Part shown: one piece after another, positions 31,587 to 32,000 of the stretch
Position numbering within the stretch: position 1 is the stretch's first letter
How the letters are laid out: each line of letters begins with the position of its first letter
Origin: an uncultured archaeon
GTDB taxonomy: Archaea > Iainarchaeota > Iainarchaeia > Iainarchaeales > JAAZKV01
NCBI GenBank assembly: GCA_964551375.1
Contig: CAZKBG010000001.1
Span: 630,001 to 662,000 of the forward strand
Direction of reading: 5' to 3'
DNA: 32,000 bases
Notes under the pieces: generated by a model
What the model saw: only the letters and a program-made list of their open reading frames with translations
What the model was told of the DNA's origin: nothing
The model's database searches: none
Position numbers and translations under genes: made by a program

Positions 31587-32000
31587 TCACAAAAATGAAT
31601 TAATTTCATCCTCTTTAGCCTTATCATCCGCGCTGAATGCTTTTGCAGCGTCCTCTAAATTTGTTTCATGCCTGCTTGGCTGGGACTTTCTCTTTCGCAC
31701 TTTAAAAAAAGTAGGAGCGTTAACTGCCTCTCCAACAATTAGGGCTTCCCCAACCCTTAGAGAAGAAATTATTCCAATGCTTGTCTTATCCAAACCCTCG
31801 CTTGACTGGGAAATATGATCCAAATCGTAAGGATTTGTTATTCTTAGAATTACATTTGTGTTGCAATTTGCAAGAGTTGTGGTGTCAAGCCTTTTTGGGC
31901 GCTGGGAAATTACTACAAGAGATGCTCCAAACTTTCTCCCTTCCCTTGCAATTGTCCTCAAGTACGACCTTGCCACCGCATGCTCTGCAGCAGTTCCTTC
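31587..32000 (-). CDS. herA: HerA/DUF87-type ATPase, C-terminal part (continues beyond the right edge)
   Basis: AREGRKFGASLVVISQRPKRLDTTTLANCNTNVILRITNPYDLDHI is typical of the HerA/FtsK-like C-terminal region. The frame stays open upstream of the track's GVG-coded start, that is GTG at 31976, through to nt 32000. Confidence 0.7.
   Translation of the reverse strand, partial: EGTAAEHAVARSYLRTIAREGRKFGASLVVISQRPKRLDTTTLANCNTNVILRITNPYDLDHISQSSEGLDKTSIGIISSLRVGEALIVGEAVNAPTFFKVRKRKSQPSRHETNLEDAAKAFSADDKAKEDEINSFL

Noticed and set aside
1-32000. I looked for CRISPR arrays, IS elements, transposases, integrases, long terminal or inverted repeats, rRNA, and introns or inteins in the tRNA and large genes.
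   Set aside because: No regularly spaced direct repeats, no DDE or tyrosine/serine recombinase-like ORFs and no rRNA-like sequence were seen. The tRNA anticodon loop is canonical (no intron). The ATPase, Rad50, ABCE1 and aaRS motifs are contiguous, with no intein-like inserts.

Overview
AT-rich, extremely gene-dense archaeal chromosome segment with about 42 protein genes and 1 tRNA. Intergenic gaps are short, many genes share ATGA stop/start overlaps, and several operon-leading genes look leaderless. Archaeal origin is supported by aEF-1beta, ribosomal protein S17e, RNA polymerase subunit K, ABCE1, Pelota, Elp3, Taw3, a class-I CCA-adding enzyme, archaeal-type ProRS and class III (prepilin-like) signal peptides. 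Small protein sizes and domain losses suggest a reduced-genome, DPANN-like lineage (inference only). The dominant element (about 3.9-15.3 kb) is one large type IV pilus-like locus. It holds a FlaI/VirB11-family ATPase, two single-domain T2SSF platform proteins, five tandem very short pilins, an EppA/FlaK-type prepilin peptidase and six further pilin-like genes, the last being a pilin-leader::LamG fusion. The locus is interrupted by a translationally coupled trio: a TM-anchored OB-like protein, a TctA/DUF112-like permease and a minimal JAMM protease. The rest is mostly housekeeping: thrS, proS, ABCE1, Nudix, pelota, elp3, taw3, cca, tRNA-Arg, Zn-ribbon plus aEF-1beta, rad50, rps17e, rpoK. It also contains a second orphan pilus-type ATPase, a membrane-anchored resolvase-like nuclease, a truncated family-B DNA polymerase homolog with destroyed catalytic motifs, and a HerA-like ATPase followed by a pentein/amidinotransferase-fold enzyme. 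I saw no CRISPR array, transposase, integrase or rRNA. All family assignments come from motif recognition by eye; no searches were run.
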